Numbered from the stretch's first letter, positions 26,070 to 38,714 are shown. The stretch is 54,068 nt of DNA from Octopus bimaculoides (GCF_001194135.2 NC_068995.1:8920225-8974292); one strand, 5' to 3'. The notes: generated by a model not told the origin, from the letters alone. Program-made: numbers and translations.

Positions 26070-26655
26070 TTTGAAGAACGTTAGTCTCTTAGTTTTTGGT
26101 AAGCAAGCTATGATCTTGCGCTTCCAATATTATTAAATCTTTAGTTTCTGCTTTCAGTTTTGAGCTTCTCAGCCGCTGATTGATTGTTGTTTGGTTTACA
26201 TCAACATTTCGGTTTCGAAGCACATACTGTCCATGCAGAGGTTATTGGCTCCACCACTCCTCAATTTGTTTCTGCCCATTCACTTTTGCTTGATCCGTTT
26301 TGCATGTTTGGTGGTAGTGCTTTCAGGTTCTTCAACTAATTTAGGGTTATTGCCGAGTTCTCTTGCGAATTTGCAAGTTTCCTTGACAATGGAATGTAAC
26401 TTTTGGCTGCTTTCGTGTTTGCATGCAAGTCGCACCTTCTAGTCCTCTGTACTGGATAAGTATCTGTTCATTGCTATTTTGGAGGTCTTATAGCACAGTT
26501 CTACCGCATCATTCCTCTTCCCCCGTTATATCTAGGTAGGTACAGACGACGAACGTTCTTAGAAATGAGTATTTTTCTTGTCTTCCTGTCCAGGTGATGG
26601 ATATCTGTAAAATTCCAGTTAATGATGTTAAAACTGTATTGGACCTCTGGATCTG
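26070..26655 (-). mobile_element. R4/Dong-like retrotransposon internal fragment (RT thumb to pre-zinc-knuckle region)
   Basis: VQYSFNIINWNFTDIHHLDRKTRKIL..RRLYLPRYNGGRGMM, then YKTSKIAMNRYL...PLHGQYV...QRLRSSKLKAETK..AQDHSLLTKN. These are hallmark R4/Dong motifs (RLYLPR..GGRG, KPLHGQY, LKAETE..AQDQ). Confidence 0.85.
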
Positions 26656-26678
26656 TTTGATCTGTTTGTATTCTTCTT

Positions 26679-27088
26679 TTTATTATTATTATTATTAGTA
26701 GTATTATATGTTTGACTTTCGTTTTGTATTTTGACAAGTTGATTCCAAGTCTCACTCAGAGACCTGAAGAGACAACAAGTTAAAAAGTTGTATTTGATGT
26801 TATGACGAGGGTGACATATTTTTTGTTTTGCACAAAGTATTGTTCTAGAGATTCTCTAAGAAAGCAAGAACATTATAAGTTTGTCCTGAAATTTGTGATT
26901 ACATAGGCAGTATTTTATGTAGGATGTGGGCAGTTCCCATTAGCACTACTTTTTGAATTTCTTCTGTTTTTGGATTTCCTGATATCTGAGCTAGGTAGCA
27001 ATCATGCTTTCATTCCTAAGGCACTTACGACAACAGGTAGTGTCTTAGTCTTGAGGTTCCACATTATGTTAATTTCTATTTCAAGATC

Positions 27089-27089
<1 letters not shown>
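26679..27089 (-). mobile_element. R4/Dong-like retrotransposon 3' end with (TAA)n tail
   Basis: KDLEIEINIMWNLKTKTLPVVVSALGM, then (frameshift) YLAQISGNPKTEEIQKVVLMGTAHILHKILPM* (stop 26901-26899). ~190-nt 3' UTR; (TAA)n at 26679-26706. Confidence 0.85.
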
Positions 27090-27133
<44 letters not shown>

Positions 27134-27605
27134 TTTTCACAGCTTTGTACAGCTTCTAGCGCTGGAGATGTACTATGGTGTCAGCTGTTCACTACCAGTG
27201 AACTAATGTAACACCTCTTATTTTTCAAGCACCTTCCGGTGTATTCGAGCGGTTCCAAGCGGTGCTGCTTTCTGTGTTTCACCCTAATTACAGCCCCTAT
27301 TTGTTTCATGTACTTCTCGAGATTTTCACTTAGTGTTCCCAGAGATCCGACGATTATTGGTACCACTACCACCTTTCTCATCGACCACAACTGCTTTACC
27401 ACCCAAGCTAACCTGTCATAATTATCGACTTTTCTTTCCTCCTTATCGCATACCTTATTGTCAGCTGGGCATACTATATCTATGATCCAGCATAGTTTGG
27501 TTTCTTTCTCAATTAAGACTATGTCTGTCTTAGTATTCTCTATCTCATGGTCACACTGAATTATAAAATCCACAGGATCTTTGCATTATCATTTTTAAAG
27601 CCTCC
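27090..27605 (-). mobile_element. R4/Dong-like retrotransposon 3' end with RLE domain and (TAA)n tail
   Basis: KNDNAKIL(W)DFIIQCDHEIENTKTDIVLIEKETKLCWIIDIVCPAD..KEERKVDNYDRL..LWSMRKVVVVPIIVGSLG..QKAAPLGTARIHRKVLEK* (stop 27220-27218), a classic PD-(D/E)xK RLE. (TAA)n tail at 27090-27131. Confidence 0.9.
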
Positions 27606-27611
27606 TACTGC

Positions 27612-27644
27612 ACAATTTAAGGCCTTGTGTTTTTAGCAGAAAGG

Positions 27645-27685
<41 letters not shown>

Positions 27686-28450
27686 CATCATCATAACACT
27701 GGAGTTGATGATATCGACTCACCTCTCCACAAAAATTCCAGTCCTTTTATCTAAAGTAGAAAGGATATATAATCATTTTTACAATTAATTAATTGACTAA
27801 GCTGGCGAGCTAGCCGAATCGTTAGCACGACGAGCAAAAATGCTTAGCGGCATTTATGGTCTGAGTTCTAATTCCGCCGTGGTCGAATTTGCCTTTCATC
27901 CTTACGGGCCCGATATATTAAGTATCATTGAAACACTGGTGTCGTTGTAATCGACTAGTCCCCACCAAAAAAAATTAGGCCTTATGCCTTCAGTAGAAAG
28001 CATTATTAATTAATTAATTAATTAAGGCGTGAGCTGGCAGAATCTTTAATAAACCGCACAAAATACTGAGCGGAATTTCATCTGTCTTTAAGTACAAAGT
28101 TAAAATTCCGCTGAAGTCGACATTTCCATTGGTCATTTCGGGGTCGAGTCAATAACACCACCTGAGCACTGGGGTCGAATAATCAACTAAGTTTTCTTTC
28201 AAAACTTTAGGCCTCCCATCATTAGCTGAAATGATTGTCCTTAATTAGGTGGAAATCAGCAGAATCGTACGAGTGACAGACGGAGTAATTTGCGGTATTT
28301 CTTCCAGCTATTTATATTGCATGTTCAAATTTCAAATGTGGCTTCCAGCCTTCCGTTGGCCATAGGCGGAAGCCCAAACCAATTACAAGTGTCAAGAACA
28401 TCCATTTATCCCTCCCCTCAAAATGCAGGCCTAGAACCTAAATAAGAAAT
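27612..28450 (+). mobile_element. Head-to-tail array of about five SINE 'A' copies/fragments separated by (ATT)n tails
   Basis: 3' stubs at ~27612-27690 and ~27695-27780, near-complete copies at ~27797-28022 and ~28024-28235, and a degenerate copy from ~28245-28450. Complete copies have TGGCAGAATC (A box) and GAGTTC/AAATTCC (B box) and end in AGAAAG(G)ATTATT-like tails. Confidence 0.8.
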
Positions 28451-28500
28451 TGTGTGTAACATCACACGTCGAAAAAAAAAAGAATGTATGTACTTATATA

Positions 28501-28746
28501 CAGGGTAGCCCAAAAGTAGGTTTATAGTTATCATGTAGGCACTTTAAATTTCTTTTAAAACATTTTATTACTTTTAAATTTCTATCTTACAAACTGAAAA
28601 CGGAGCTTGAAAAAATTAACTAAATTAGCTCAGAATAATGGTTTCATTTTTCTTTTCCATAATTAAGTTCTAATTATATATATAAATGCGGAAGAGATAG
28701 TTGAATAACTGTAAAATAACTGTAAACATAATTTTGCCCCATCCTA
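28501..28746. mobile_element. Tc1/mariner-type MITE (246 bp, ~31-bp TIRs, TA flanks)
   Basis: Left TA-CAGGGTAGCCCAAAAGTAGGTTTATAGTTAT versus right end reverse complement TA-TAGGATGGGGCAAAATTATGTTTACAGTTAT. AT-rich non-coding interior. Confidence 0.75.
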
Positions 28747-29379
28747 TATATATTTATAAATTTACAAGGCCATAAACAATATCGATCTGAGAAAATCGTT
28801 AGCGCAAAATTTCTTTCGGATATTTGTGTCCTAAGCTCAAACCCAAATTATGTCAGTATTTCCACTCATCTTTTCGAGTTCGATAAATAGCAAATAAAAT
28901 TTAACAACTGATGTTAACGTTATCGAATAAGACATCACCAATGTCGGAAGTTAAATCCCTTTTGCTAAAACTTGAAATAGTTTTTACTGCCAGTGCCACT
29001 ATTATCATTATTATTATTATTATTGCTGGTGGTATTAATTCTACTTGTGGCGTACTTGTAGTGTTAATGCTTTAATAGGTAAGGTAAGGTGAGGTTTACC
29101 TCCACTATTATCACACAAAGAACTAATACCTTAAAATTCTAATGTAATTAAGCGAAACCTTTCTTTTGTATTTTATAGAGGAACGTAAACACATGTACAC
29201 ATACACACACACACACACACACACGCACATACACACACACAGAGACACAGACACACACATATTTATGCGTGCGCCTGTGTATGTTCTAGTTTTATACATG
29301 TATATATACATATGTCAACATAAGTTTGTGTAAGCATACATTCTCATACACTCACACGTATAACGTATTTAAATTTGTG

Positions 29380-29385
29380 TATATA

Positions 29386-29439
<54 letters not shown>

Positions 29440-29583
29440 TACATACATATATATATACATACATATATATATACATATATATATATACATACATATATAT
29501 ATACATATATACACACATATATATATACATATATATATACATACGTATATATATATACATACATACATATATATATACATACA

Positions 29584-29648
<65 letters not shown>
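29380..29648. repeat. Long interrupted (TA)n/(TACA)n microsatellite
   Basis: Directly visible. Confidence 0.95.
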
Positions 29649-29651
<3 letters not shown>

Positions 29652-30395
29652 CTATCACTGTATCTCTTTTGTCAGCCGCTCTTCGAAGTTACATTTAACT
29701 TTTTCTTTTTATATTTGTTTCCTTGGAGCATCTTTTTTTTCTGTACTTCTATATTTATTAATTAAATTTATTTATTTCTATATTTATTTATTTATTTGAT
29801 ATTATAATTAATCATTACGTTTCGTAATTTATTACTACGATAAGATAGAAAGATGTTCTCTTTTATTTTTTTACTATCTGTTTCATTAGATATTTTTCTG
29901 TTTCTTTTTTGTTTGTTTTTTTGTTATTATCATAGTACTTGCATTTATGGATAATTTTGTTTTGGTTTGACGTGTGAGGTGCGTGGAACGGCAGGTGTAG
30001 AATCTTGTTATTTTCGTCTTCAGCAACAACTGATTATGACTTGGTCATCGCTAATGGCCCTCAACTTCCTTAATCAATGATCGAATTTAATAAAATATTT
30101 CCAATTGATGTTTTCTCTATCGATGTCGATTTTTCAGTCGATAATGACTCCGAATAGTTGCTTCTCATTATCTTGTTGGTTGGACACAAATAACATTATA
30201 AAAAATAAATAAATAAATAAATAACGTATACAATGTGTTGTGGGTTTGTGTCAGTGTGTGCGCGAGTACGTGTGTGTGTGGGGGGGTTATGTGTGTATAT
30301 GTTTATGTTTGCTTGTGCGTGTGTATACATCAACAAATGTTTACGATTATGCACTAACATACAGAGATACTCGTAAAAAGACGCGACACATACAC

Positions 30396-30427
<32 letters not shown>

Positions 30428-30428
30428 T

Positions 30429-30460
<32 letters not shown>

Positions 30461-30580
30461 TAGATATATATATGTATTTATATACATACATGCATATATA
30501 TATACATATATAAATATATTCATGTATATATATGTATATAAACATATATATATATATATATATATATATANNNNNNNNNN

Positions 30581-30613
<33 letters not shown>

Positions 30614-31104
30614 ATATGCCCGTACATAAAATTGTATATATAAATATATATATATATATAATGTGTGTGTACTTCTACATGCATGTATATGAGTATTGAT
30701 GCGAACACAGTTACACAAAACACACGCTCGCATGTATCAGTTTGACGTTATTCTGAGACAGTATCATCAAAATGCATATGTATATAGATATGTGCTGCTT
30801 TATAATATGCATATATGTGGGTGTTCGTGATGTTATAGTTGGTGTTGCTGCGATAATGATTTCTTACGTGTGTGGCTGGACGTGTGGCTGTATGCGTGTG
30901 TGTGTGTGAGTGTATTTTGAATGCGTGTGCGTGTATAGAGAGGGAAACTTTATTGAAATGGTTCTCTACATTATCGATACAATACCGAGCAGAACAAAAA
31001 CAGGTAGCAATGAATCCTCGATATTAAAGCCCAAACGCAACCTAACAAGACAAATCCGTTACCTGAATGAGACATGTCTCTCTCGTCTAAACCCTCTCTC
31101 ACTC

Positions 31105-31400
31105 TCTACCTACCTATCTACCTACCTGTCTACGTACCTACCTACCTACCTATCTAGCTAGCTACTTGTCTGTCTGTCTGTCTATCTATTTAAATATTTA
31201 TCTATCTATCTATCTATCTATCTATCTGTCTGTCTACCAGTCTGTCTATCTATCTTTCTATCTATTTATTTATCTCTCTCTCTATCTATCTATGCATATA
31301 CCTATCAATCTATTTATCTATCTATTTATCTGTCTATCTGTCTGTATGTATGTCTGTCTAGCTGTCTGTCTGTATATTTATATCTATATCTATATATCTC
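31105..31400. repeat. Compound tetranucleotide array (CTAC)n-(CTAG)-(CTGT)n-(CTAT)n
   Basis: Directly visible. Confidence 0.9.
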
Positions 31401-32427
31401 TCTACATGTCTATCTATCATATGTTTGTCTCTCTTTTTATGCATTTATATATGTGTGTGCGCGCGTGTGTGGTTGCGTGTGTACATGTGTATCTATATGT
31501 CTGTGTCAGTGTGTATGCCTATACAATCGCACACATTTATGTGTATACTTCGTTCTTTTTAAATGTTCACATTTTGCAAACACTTACCACACATCCTGTG
31601 CAGAGATGACGGTTAAACATCGGCACTGATTATAATATTTTGAAAAAAAAGTTAAATATAAAGCAAAACATTTACCGACAAAATCAGAAATAATAAAACC
31701 AATATAAGCGAAAATAAATATTATCAACTGCAGCAGATCATATAACATAAATTCATTACGAACTTTTGTTAGAATTATATAATAGGAAAATCAATGCATA
31801 TGTATAGAGTGTACTTTAATAATAATGATAAGAAGAAGAAGAAGAAGTAGAAGAAGAAGAAGAAGAACTTTCTTCTCTTCGTATTTTTTATCACTTTCAT
31901 GTCACCATCACCGCTGGCCACATCGGTATCATAATCATCGTCGTCGTCATCATAATCATCATTGTCATCATTGTCATCATCATAATTATCATTGTCGTCG
32001 ACACCATCGTCATTATTATCACAGTTCTCATCATCATTAGTTTCATCTCCAGTCTCATTTCTGAATCTAACATATCTATTTTAATATCGTTTAACAGAAA
32101 GAGCAACGCCGTACAACACTACCTGTTTTACTAGAAATAGCAGACAAATCTCTCGATGCCCTCATTATTCATAGAAAGCGTTCCTCAGAAGGAACTGATC
32201 ATGGCCGGAACGTCTTGGTTTATAAATTTGCTTAATAATGCTCGATAATGTTATAATCAACTTATCACATACACTTTATATTATGCATTGTATTACATTA
32301 CCCAGCTTAGAAACAATTGCCATTTAAATCGCAACATCGTGAGTGGAAGTGGACAGTACTCGAAACCGAAACCGTAGATTTAATCTAAAAGACTAGCTTA
32401 GGATTAAACAACAGCAGAATTTAATTA

Positions 32428-32673
32428 CTAGATAACCATTATCTTCACTTAGGACACTATACCAATATTACAATCACTATCTAAGTCATTTTTAAAACAA
32501 ACATCAACATAACATTTGTCATCAATCATAGTGATCGGTACAGTTGACATTTCATCAGTTAGATATGATATAAACTCCTATGTGAACTGGTTTAAGCTTC
32601 TATAAAGTATATAGGCTTCCTCTAGTGTATCTCGAACATTTCTGTTGCTAATTATACAGCATTGACCAAGAAA
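32428..32673 (-). pseudogene. Possible decayed coding fragment, perhaps a DNA-transposase C-terminus
   Basis: FLGQCCIISNRNVRDTLEEAYILYRSLNQFT*EFISYLTDEMSTVPITMIDDKCYVDVCFKNDLDSDCNIGIVS*VKIMVI*: ~80 codons with two internal stops in very AT-rich DNA. Family resemblance (VPI..I..KC) is weak and from memory. Confidence 0.2.
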
Positions 32674-33124
32674 TCATAGATATTATGAACACTTTAATGC
32701 CCTTAACAACGAGGTTATCTACTCAAGATTAAATTTTATAGCTTCCAATATCACACACTAAAAAAAGAAATAAGCTACGCACCACACTCAGCTACGTAAT
32801 TACACTCCATCTCGCAAAGGATAACAACCCAGTTCTGAAAGTCACCCACTCACGGGATCCTGCTCGTCATCTTGCGTCACAACGCCTATTCTATTCATGA
32901 CGTAATAAACGCGCATAATGGCAGAGCAACAATTGATCTCGAGGAGGAATGATAACAATATAAGCTCTCTGATAAGAAAATTAACATAGATGGAAAATCC
33001 ACAAATGTCTGAAAAAAAGTTCAGCTCACGGATTTTTCAGCAAATAAGTTTGGTATGAAATCACTGGGTCATCTTACTGTTGCAGATTACGCATGCGTAC
33101 ACAACAGTTACCGAACATATTATA

Positions 33125-33334
33125 CAGGGTGGATGAGGTGAATAAACTTGTCTAAATAACGCAAAAATTAAAATAACTCTCGACATCACATTTTAATACG
33201 TATATTTACCAAGACGACATTAAAATATTTTGAAAGAATAAAAAGTAACATTTATACAAGAAAATAACATTCACTTCAACCAGGGCCTCCACACGACTTC
33301 GGAATCTCCTGCAGCTCTTCTAGACCCCCCCCCC
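33125..33334 (-). mobile_element. Tc1/mariner transposon 3' end (transposase C-terminus and right TIR), cut by an assembly gap
   Basis: Minus strand 33321-33268 reads KSCRRFRSRVEALVEVN, matching the mariner-family C-terminal ACxRFRxRxEAxxxxxG motif. The end is TA-CAGGGTG at 33123-33131. Confidence 0.75.
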
Positions 33335-34965
33335 NNNNNNNNNNNNNNNNNNNNNNNNNNNNNNNNNNNNNNNNNNNNNNNNNNNNNNNNNNNNNNNNNN
33401 NNNNNNNNNNNNNNNNNNNNNNNNNNNNNNNNNNNNNNNNNNNNNNNNNNNNNNNNNNNNNNNNNNNNNNNNNNNNNNNNNNNNNNNNNNNNNNNNNNNN
33501 NNNNNNNNNNNNNNNNNNNNNNNNNNNNNNNNNNNNNNNNNNNNNNNNNNNNNNNNNNNNNNNNNNNNNNNNNNNNNNNNNNNNNNNNNNNNNNNNNNNN
33601 NNNNNNNNNNNNNNNNNNNNNNNNNNNNNNNNNNNNNNNNNNNNNNNNNNNNNNNNNNNTCTCATATACACTAAATAGTCTCCTAGATTTTTTTTTATCG
33701 ATCAACATAACATTTTGAAGTGATGGCGTCCAAAATCAAACAAGATAGAAAACCACAACCGCCATTATTATTGCTCCCCTGTATTGTTCTCGTTGTATAT
33801 TTTTGGCTTTTTTTTCATATTGACAGGTTTGTGTATTTATTTTTCCTTTTTAAGTTTTGCTCTATTGTTTTAGTTATATTCTGTTGGGTTTTCGTACACA
33901 TTTATTTATTTTTATTGATTTCTATTTCACCATTCTTTTTTTTTTTTTTTGTAGTTGTAATAAAATCATTAAAAGTTGAATCATCAAAAATACTGGCCAG
34001 AATATTTTTCCTGATTAAATCTTATTATTAAACCGAAATCTTTCCGTTAATGTCTTCCTGGATGTTACTATTCGTTCCACTATTGTACTATTCCATTGTA
34101 GTATTAGCTAATTTCTTAATTATATTTTTTTCCTTATTTGATTTTGCCCCGTGTTCTCTCTTTATAGCTATCGTCTGCTTCCTTCCATTTTTTTTTCTTC
34201 ACTTACTCTATTTCTTTCGTTGTTTGTTTTTACTTAATACATTAAAAAATAATAATTTTTGCCGTCGCTGCTTCTTCATGTATTTATCTATTTAGTTTAA
34301 GTTAGTTAATTGTCCCGTCAAAACTAAAAATGCGAAAACAAAAAGATGTTATATTCGTGTCTGGCCATTTTGTTCTTCGTTCTTTTCGTCTTCATCGTTT
34401 ACTTCATCTAATCTAGCAATAAATCTCTTCGTAATGATTCCTTTTTTCTTGTTTTCTTTATTTTGTCATTTAATAATTTCAATTTTATTTTTAGCTTTAT
34501 ATTTGATATTAATTATTTGTTTCCGAGTTGTTTCTCTTTTTAGTGGATCATTGAGTGACGATAATAATAATAATAATAATAATGATAATAATAGTAATAT
34601 TTCATTTCCTATTTTCGTGTTAAATACTTTTTTCTTTTTTTTTTCTAAAGCTTTCTTCATCTGTGTCCCCTCCATCTACTTTATGCTACTTCGGGGGAAA
34701 AAAATATATAATAGTACCGTAAGTTGAACAATGCCCAAACACATAAAACTAGAGGGTGCGTAGAAGGAGAGAAAAGGTGGCGTTTATAATATGGTGAATG
34801 TAAAAATAGCAAGAAATACTATTTACTGTGTAATACAATAATGCGTGTATAAAAAGATATGTGTATTTTTGTGTTCCCATTTGTATGTGTGTACGCCTGC
34901 GTACAGATGTTTGTGGTATATACTCATAAATATTCAAACACGTACTCACACACGCACGCACTTTA

Positions 34966-35021
<56 letters not shown>

Positions 35022-35149
35022 GAGTATAGCCGTTACTTACAATCGATTAGAACTTAGTAGCAAGTTCTAAACTTTCCATAGTTGTTTTTTAAAGTCTATA
35101 TAATCACCTTCAGTTATATAAAAAAAAACACGTATGCTGCTAAACTTCA

Positions 35150-35287
35150 GTGGGCAGAATGTGGAGTTTGATTAGAGGGTTGTATGGCCACCGGCTGATA
35201 GTCATTTAGCCTGATATTCAGTAAATCGAACCCGTGACTTTATGATGATAAAGCCAACACTTTAACCACAGAGCCATGCCACTTCAC
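35150..35287 (-). mobile_element. tRNA-derived SINE head, degenerate; family not assigned
   Basis: Minus strand GTGAAGTGGCATGGCTCTGTGGTTAAAG (A box)...GGGTTCGATTTAC (B box). Confidence 0.6.
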
Positions 35288-36884
35288 GTTACCAGTCATA
35301 CACACACACAAATAAATGCACACACATATGTATACGTATTGATGTGTGCATGCATGTGTGTGCGTATGTATGTGAGTTTCTGTCACGTTGTTTTAATAGC
35401 TATTTGTTGTATTTAATATAATGTTCTCGGCAGCTTCTGTATTATATGATTAAAATGCTTAATGTATTTTGTAAAACTTAAAACATCTGAAGTTGTGACC
35501 GTGCTGAGAAAATTCTATCAATAAAAGTAATGAGTTAAAGGAGGTAGACGTGTGTTAGCGATATCTGGAGAGAGGGAAGGTAGAAAATGGAAGAAAGATA
35601 GAGCGTGAGAGGGAGAGAGAGAGAAAGATTTTAAGAGCAAGAGATTGAGAGTGAATATAGAGAAAGTAAAGTCTTGAAGTAGATAAAGATATTTTAGAGA
35701 AAATGTGAGAGAGGGGACATAGAAACTGGTGAAAAGATTGAATGAGAGAAGATAGGACAAAAGTGGTGTTAGCCGAAATAGATAGAAAGAAGATAGAGAG
35801 AAAATAGTGAGAAATAAAAGGAAAGAGAGGATACAAGTGGTGCAACAGAGAAAGATAGAGAGAGAGAGAGGGGTGGAGGAAGGATGAGGAAACATAAATA
35901 GAATAAAGAGAAAAAGATGGAGGTATAGGGAATTAAGTAGAGTTTCAGAAAGGGGGAGGTAAAGAGAAATCGGAGAGAACGTCGGAAAAACGATAGAAAA
36001 TGGAATTGTTGAGAGAGGGGTATAAGAGAGAAGAGGGTATCAGTAATGCATATTGTGAGTCTCGGAGAGGGAGAGAGCGTAAGTAAGCGTGAGAGATAAG
36101 AGAAAGGTTTGGGGGAAATTTTGTGAAGATAATAAGCACTGAAACATTAATATGAACTTTTAATGTTAAACAGAATATCAAAAAATGGGAAAAAGTAAAA
36201 TAAATAGATGAATAAGAAAAACGGTAAGGGAGACATAAAACCCGAGAGAGAGGAAGTCAGGAGACTAAAAATATACTGCTAGGGGCAGCTAACAATACAG
36301 ACAATAGTGTCTAGTATCTGAAGAAGGACACCGTGATTCGAGGTGATGAGGCTGGTTGTTCGTTTAGAGAAAAACGGTAACAAGAAAGTACTGGGAGTGT
36401 TTCAGTCAAGATTCAGATAGATATACATAAATCGTACATGCGAAGAATGGGGTCTGTTATAAATAGAAAACTGCGACAGAATAATTATAGAAGGATTAGA
36501 ACATACTAAAAAGCAAGCGAATGAGAAAAATATCTTTTCTTTCCATATAGAAACGTTAAAGGTTAAACAGGAAAGTAACTAAGAGGAAAAAACAGAATTC
36601 GAACAAGAAAAAACAAGAGAGAAAGTTTAAGAAACAAAAGGAAGTATATACAACGTAATATTTTTGTAAACTGGAAATAAATGTTGGTAAGAATGACAAC
36701 ACCATGACCGATATCTTGAATGGTAATGTTCATTAATACTTCAGAAGCTCAATGATAAAAGTAGAAACAGATTATCTAAGACTATATGCACAAACTAATC
36801 ACTAATAATAAGCGAGTACAAAAATAATGTGATGGAAGAAGACGATTACATAAAGTGGAGACAGTATAATGTTACACACTGTAG

Positions 36885-37060
36885 AGCGGTGCGTCGGCAG
36901 AATCGTTATCAGGTGGAGCAACATTCTTGTTAGCATTTCGTCCGTCTTCACGAGTTGAATTCAAATTCCACCGAGGTCGACTTTGCCTTTCATAAGCGCC
37001 TTTTGATCACTGGGATCAAATTAATCGATTTACGCTCCGCCTAAATTTGTTGACCTAGAG
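36885..37060 (+). mobile_element. SINE family 'A' with internal deletion
   Basis: GGCAGAATCGTTA...GCATTTCGTCCGTC...GAATTCAAATTCCACCGAGGTCGACTTTGCCTTTCAT...CTGGGATCAAATTAATCGA. Confidence 0.8.
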
Positions 37061-37691
37061 TCGGCAGCCGAAGCCTTGTCGCAGTTGGGTACGTATTTCT
37101 TAATCACAGAGCCATGATTGGCCTAACACCAAGAAGACAAAATTCACATCAACGAAATTTGAAATTAGAACACAGATTATAAAAAGTGTGATTGTGCTAA
37201 CGATTTTGTCTACATCACATTTACTAACTTATATAGCTCAGACTCGGTAAATAATGGCAAATATTTAAGATAAAAATACGATATAATGAGGGTTGGTTTG
37301 TGCTAAAATGTTCTGCAATAACAAAGTACAACCAAGGAATTAAGACAAAAACTAACATCTGAAACTTTCAATTAGACATAAAACAAATAGATTATATGTG
37401 AGCATGTGTGAGTAAGAGCGTGTGTGTGTGTATGTGTATGTATGTGTATGCATGTGTGATTGTGTATAGATTGATATATGCATATATGAATATCTGTATA
37501 CGTGTATACATACTGTGTGTCTGTGTGTTTGTGTGCATTTCGTCTATGTGTTTCTTCGTGTGTATGTATGTGCATATATATATATATATATACCTTGTTC
37601 GTAGCATTGTATAAAATCGCACGAACAAGCACTCGACGGAATAACACACTCTCTGTCTATATGCATACACAGACACTTATATATGCACACA

Positions 37692-37744
<53 letters not shown>

Positions 37745-37772
37745 NNNNNNNNNNTATATATATGTGTGTGCT

Positions 37773-37816
<44 letters not shown>

Positions 37817-37997
37817 ATATGTGGTTCGGTGTGCATATTCGTGTATGTGAATGTATACATATACATATGTACATTAAAAAAACATGCTTATATAGGCACA
37901 CATGTAAACATATGCATACATATCGAGTATGTATGTATATGCGTATGTATATATGCATTTCATACAGGTATATATATGTATGCATACACACACACAT

Positions 37998-38047
<50 letters not shown>

Positions 38048-38555
38048 CTCTATGTATGTACATACTCATACACGAACGCAAGCAACGTTATTCACACATA
38101 ACAACGCACATACGTTTAGACGGACATAAACAAACAAATATATAATACATAGACGAAACATAAATATATACACACTCGATTTTGAACATATCTGCATATA
38201 ACCATAGACGTATGCACATACGATAACGCAAGTATTTACTTGCGAGTTTAACCATAATCCCCTAGTGACAGAGAAGCGACTAATTGATTGTATTTATCAA
38301 TATTCGATCGATTACACCATGCAACAAACACTACTATTGAGATGTTTGAAGATGTTTCTTAGTAATTTCGTTACGCTGGTTTCAAAGATGTTGACTTCAT
38401 TTATCTTTAACGTCTAGACATACGGTAATCCTTTCCATGCAAGTTTTGTGTATTTTGGCCTAAAATACAGAAAACAAAGCTAGGCTTGTATACATTAAAT
38501 TTTAAAACAATATAGTTATGTAAATTGCAACATAGCATCACTCTTTGTATATTAT

Positions 38556-38714
38556 TACTCTTTTACTCCTTTACTTGTTTCAGTCATTTGACTGCTGCCA
38601 TGCTGAAGCACCGCCTTTAATGGAGCAAATCGACCCCAGGACTTATTCTTTGTAAGCCTAGTACTTATTCTATCGGTCTTTTTTGCCGAACCGCTATATT
38701 ACCGGGACGTAAAC
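38556..38714 (-). mobile_element. SINE family 'C-D' 3' half with (AAAGAGT)n-type tail
   Basis: Minus strand GTTTACGTCCCGG...GCGGTTCGGCAAAA...ATAAGTACTAGGCTTACAAAGAATAAGTCCTGGGGTCGATTTG...GGCGGTGCTTCAGCATGGCAGCAGTCAAATGACTGAAACAAGTAAAGGAGTAAAAGAGT. Related pieces at 41.2, 42.8 and 45.2 kb. Confidence 0.85.

Noticed and set aside
31825-32106. Poly-Arg/His and Met-rich ORFs (also 46359-46941 and 9162-9470)
   Set aside because: Decayed trinucleotide repeats; all frames give homopolymeric peptides and there is no splice or homology support.
32165-32225. CCTCAGAAGG...CCGGAACGTC as a second hammerhead
   Set aside because: Both core segments deviate (no CUGANGA, GGAA instead of GAAA), stems are unconvincing and there is no Penelope-like ORF nearby.
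35500-36250. Long purine-rich strand-biased tract (also 43000-43900) as coding or telomere-like
   Set aside because: Degenerate (GA)n/(GATA)n low-complexity sequence with no fixed unit or credible ORF.
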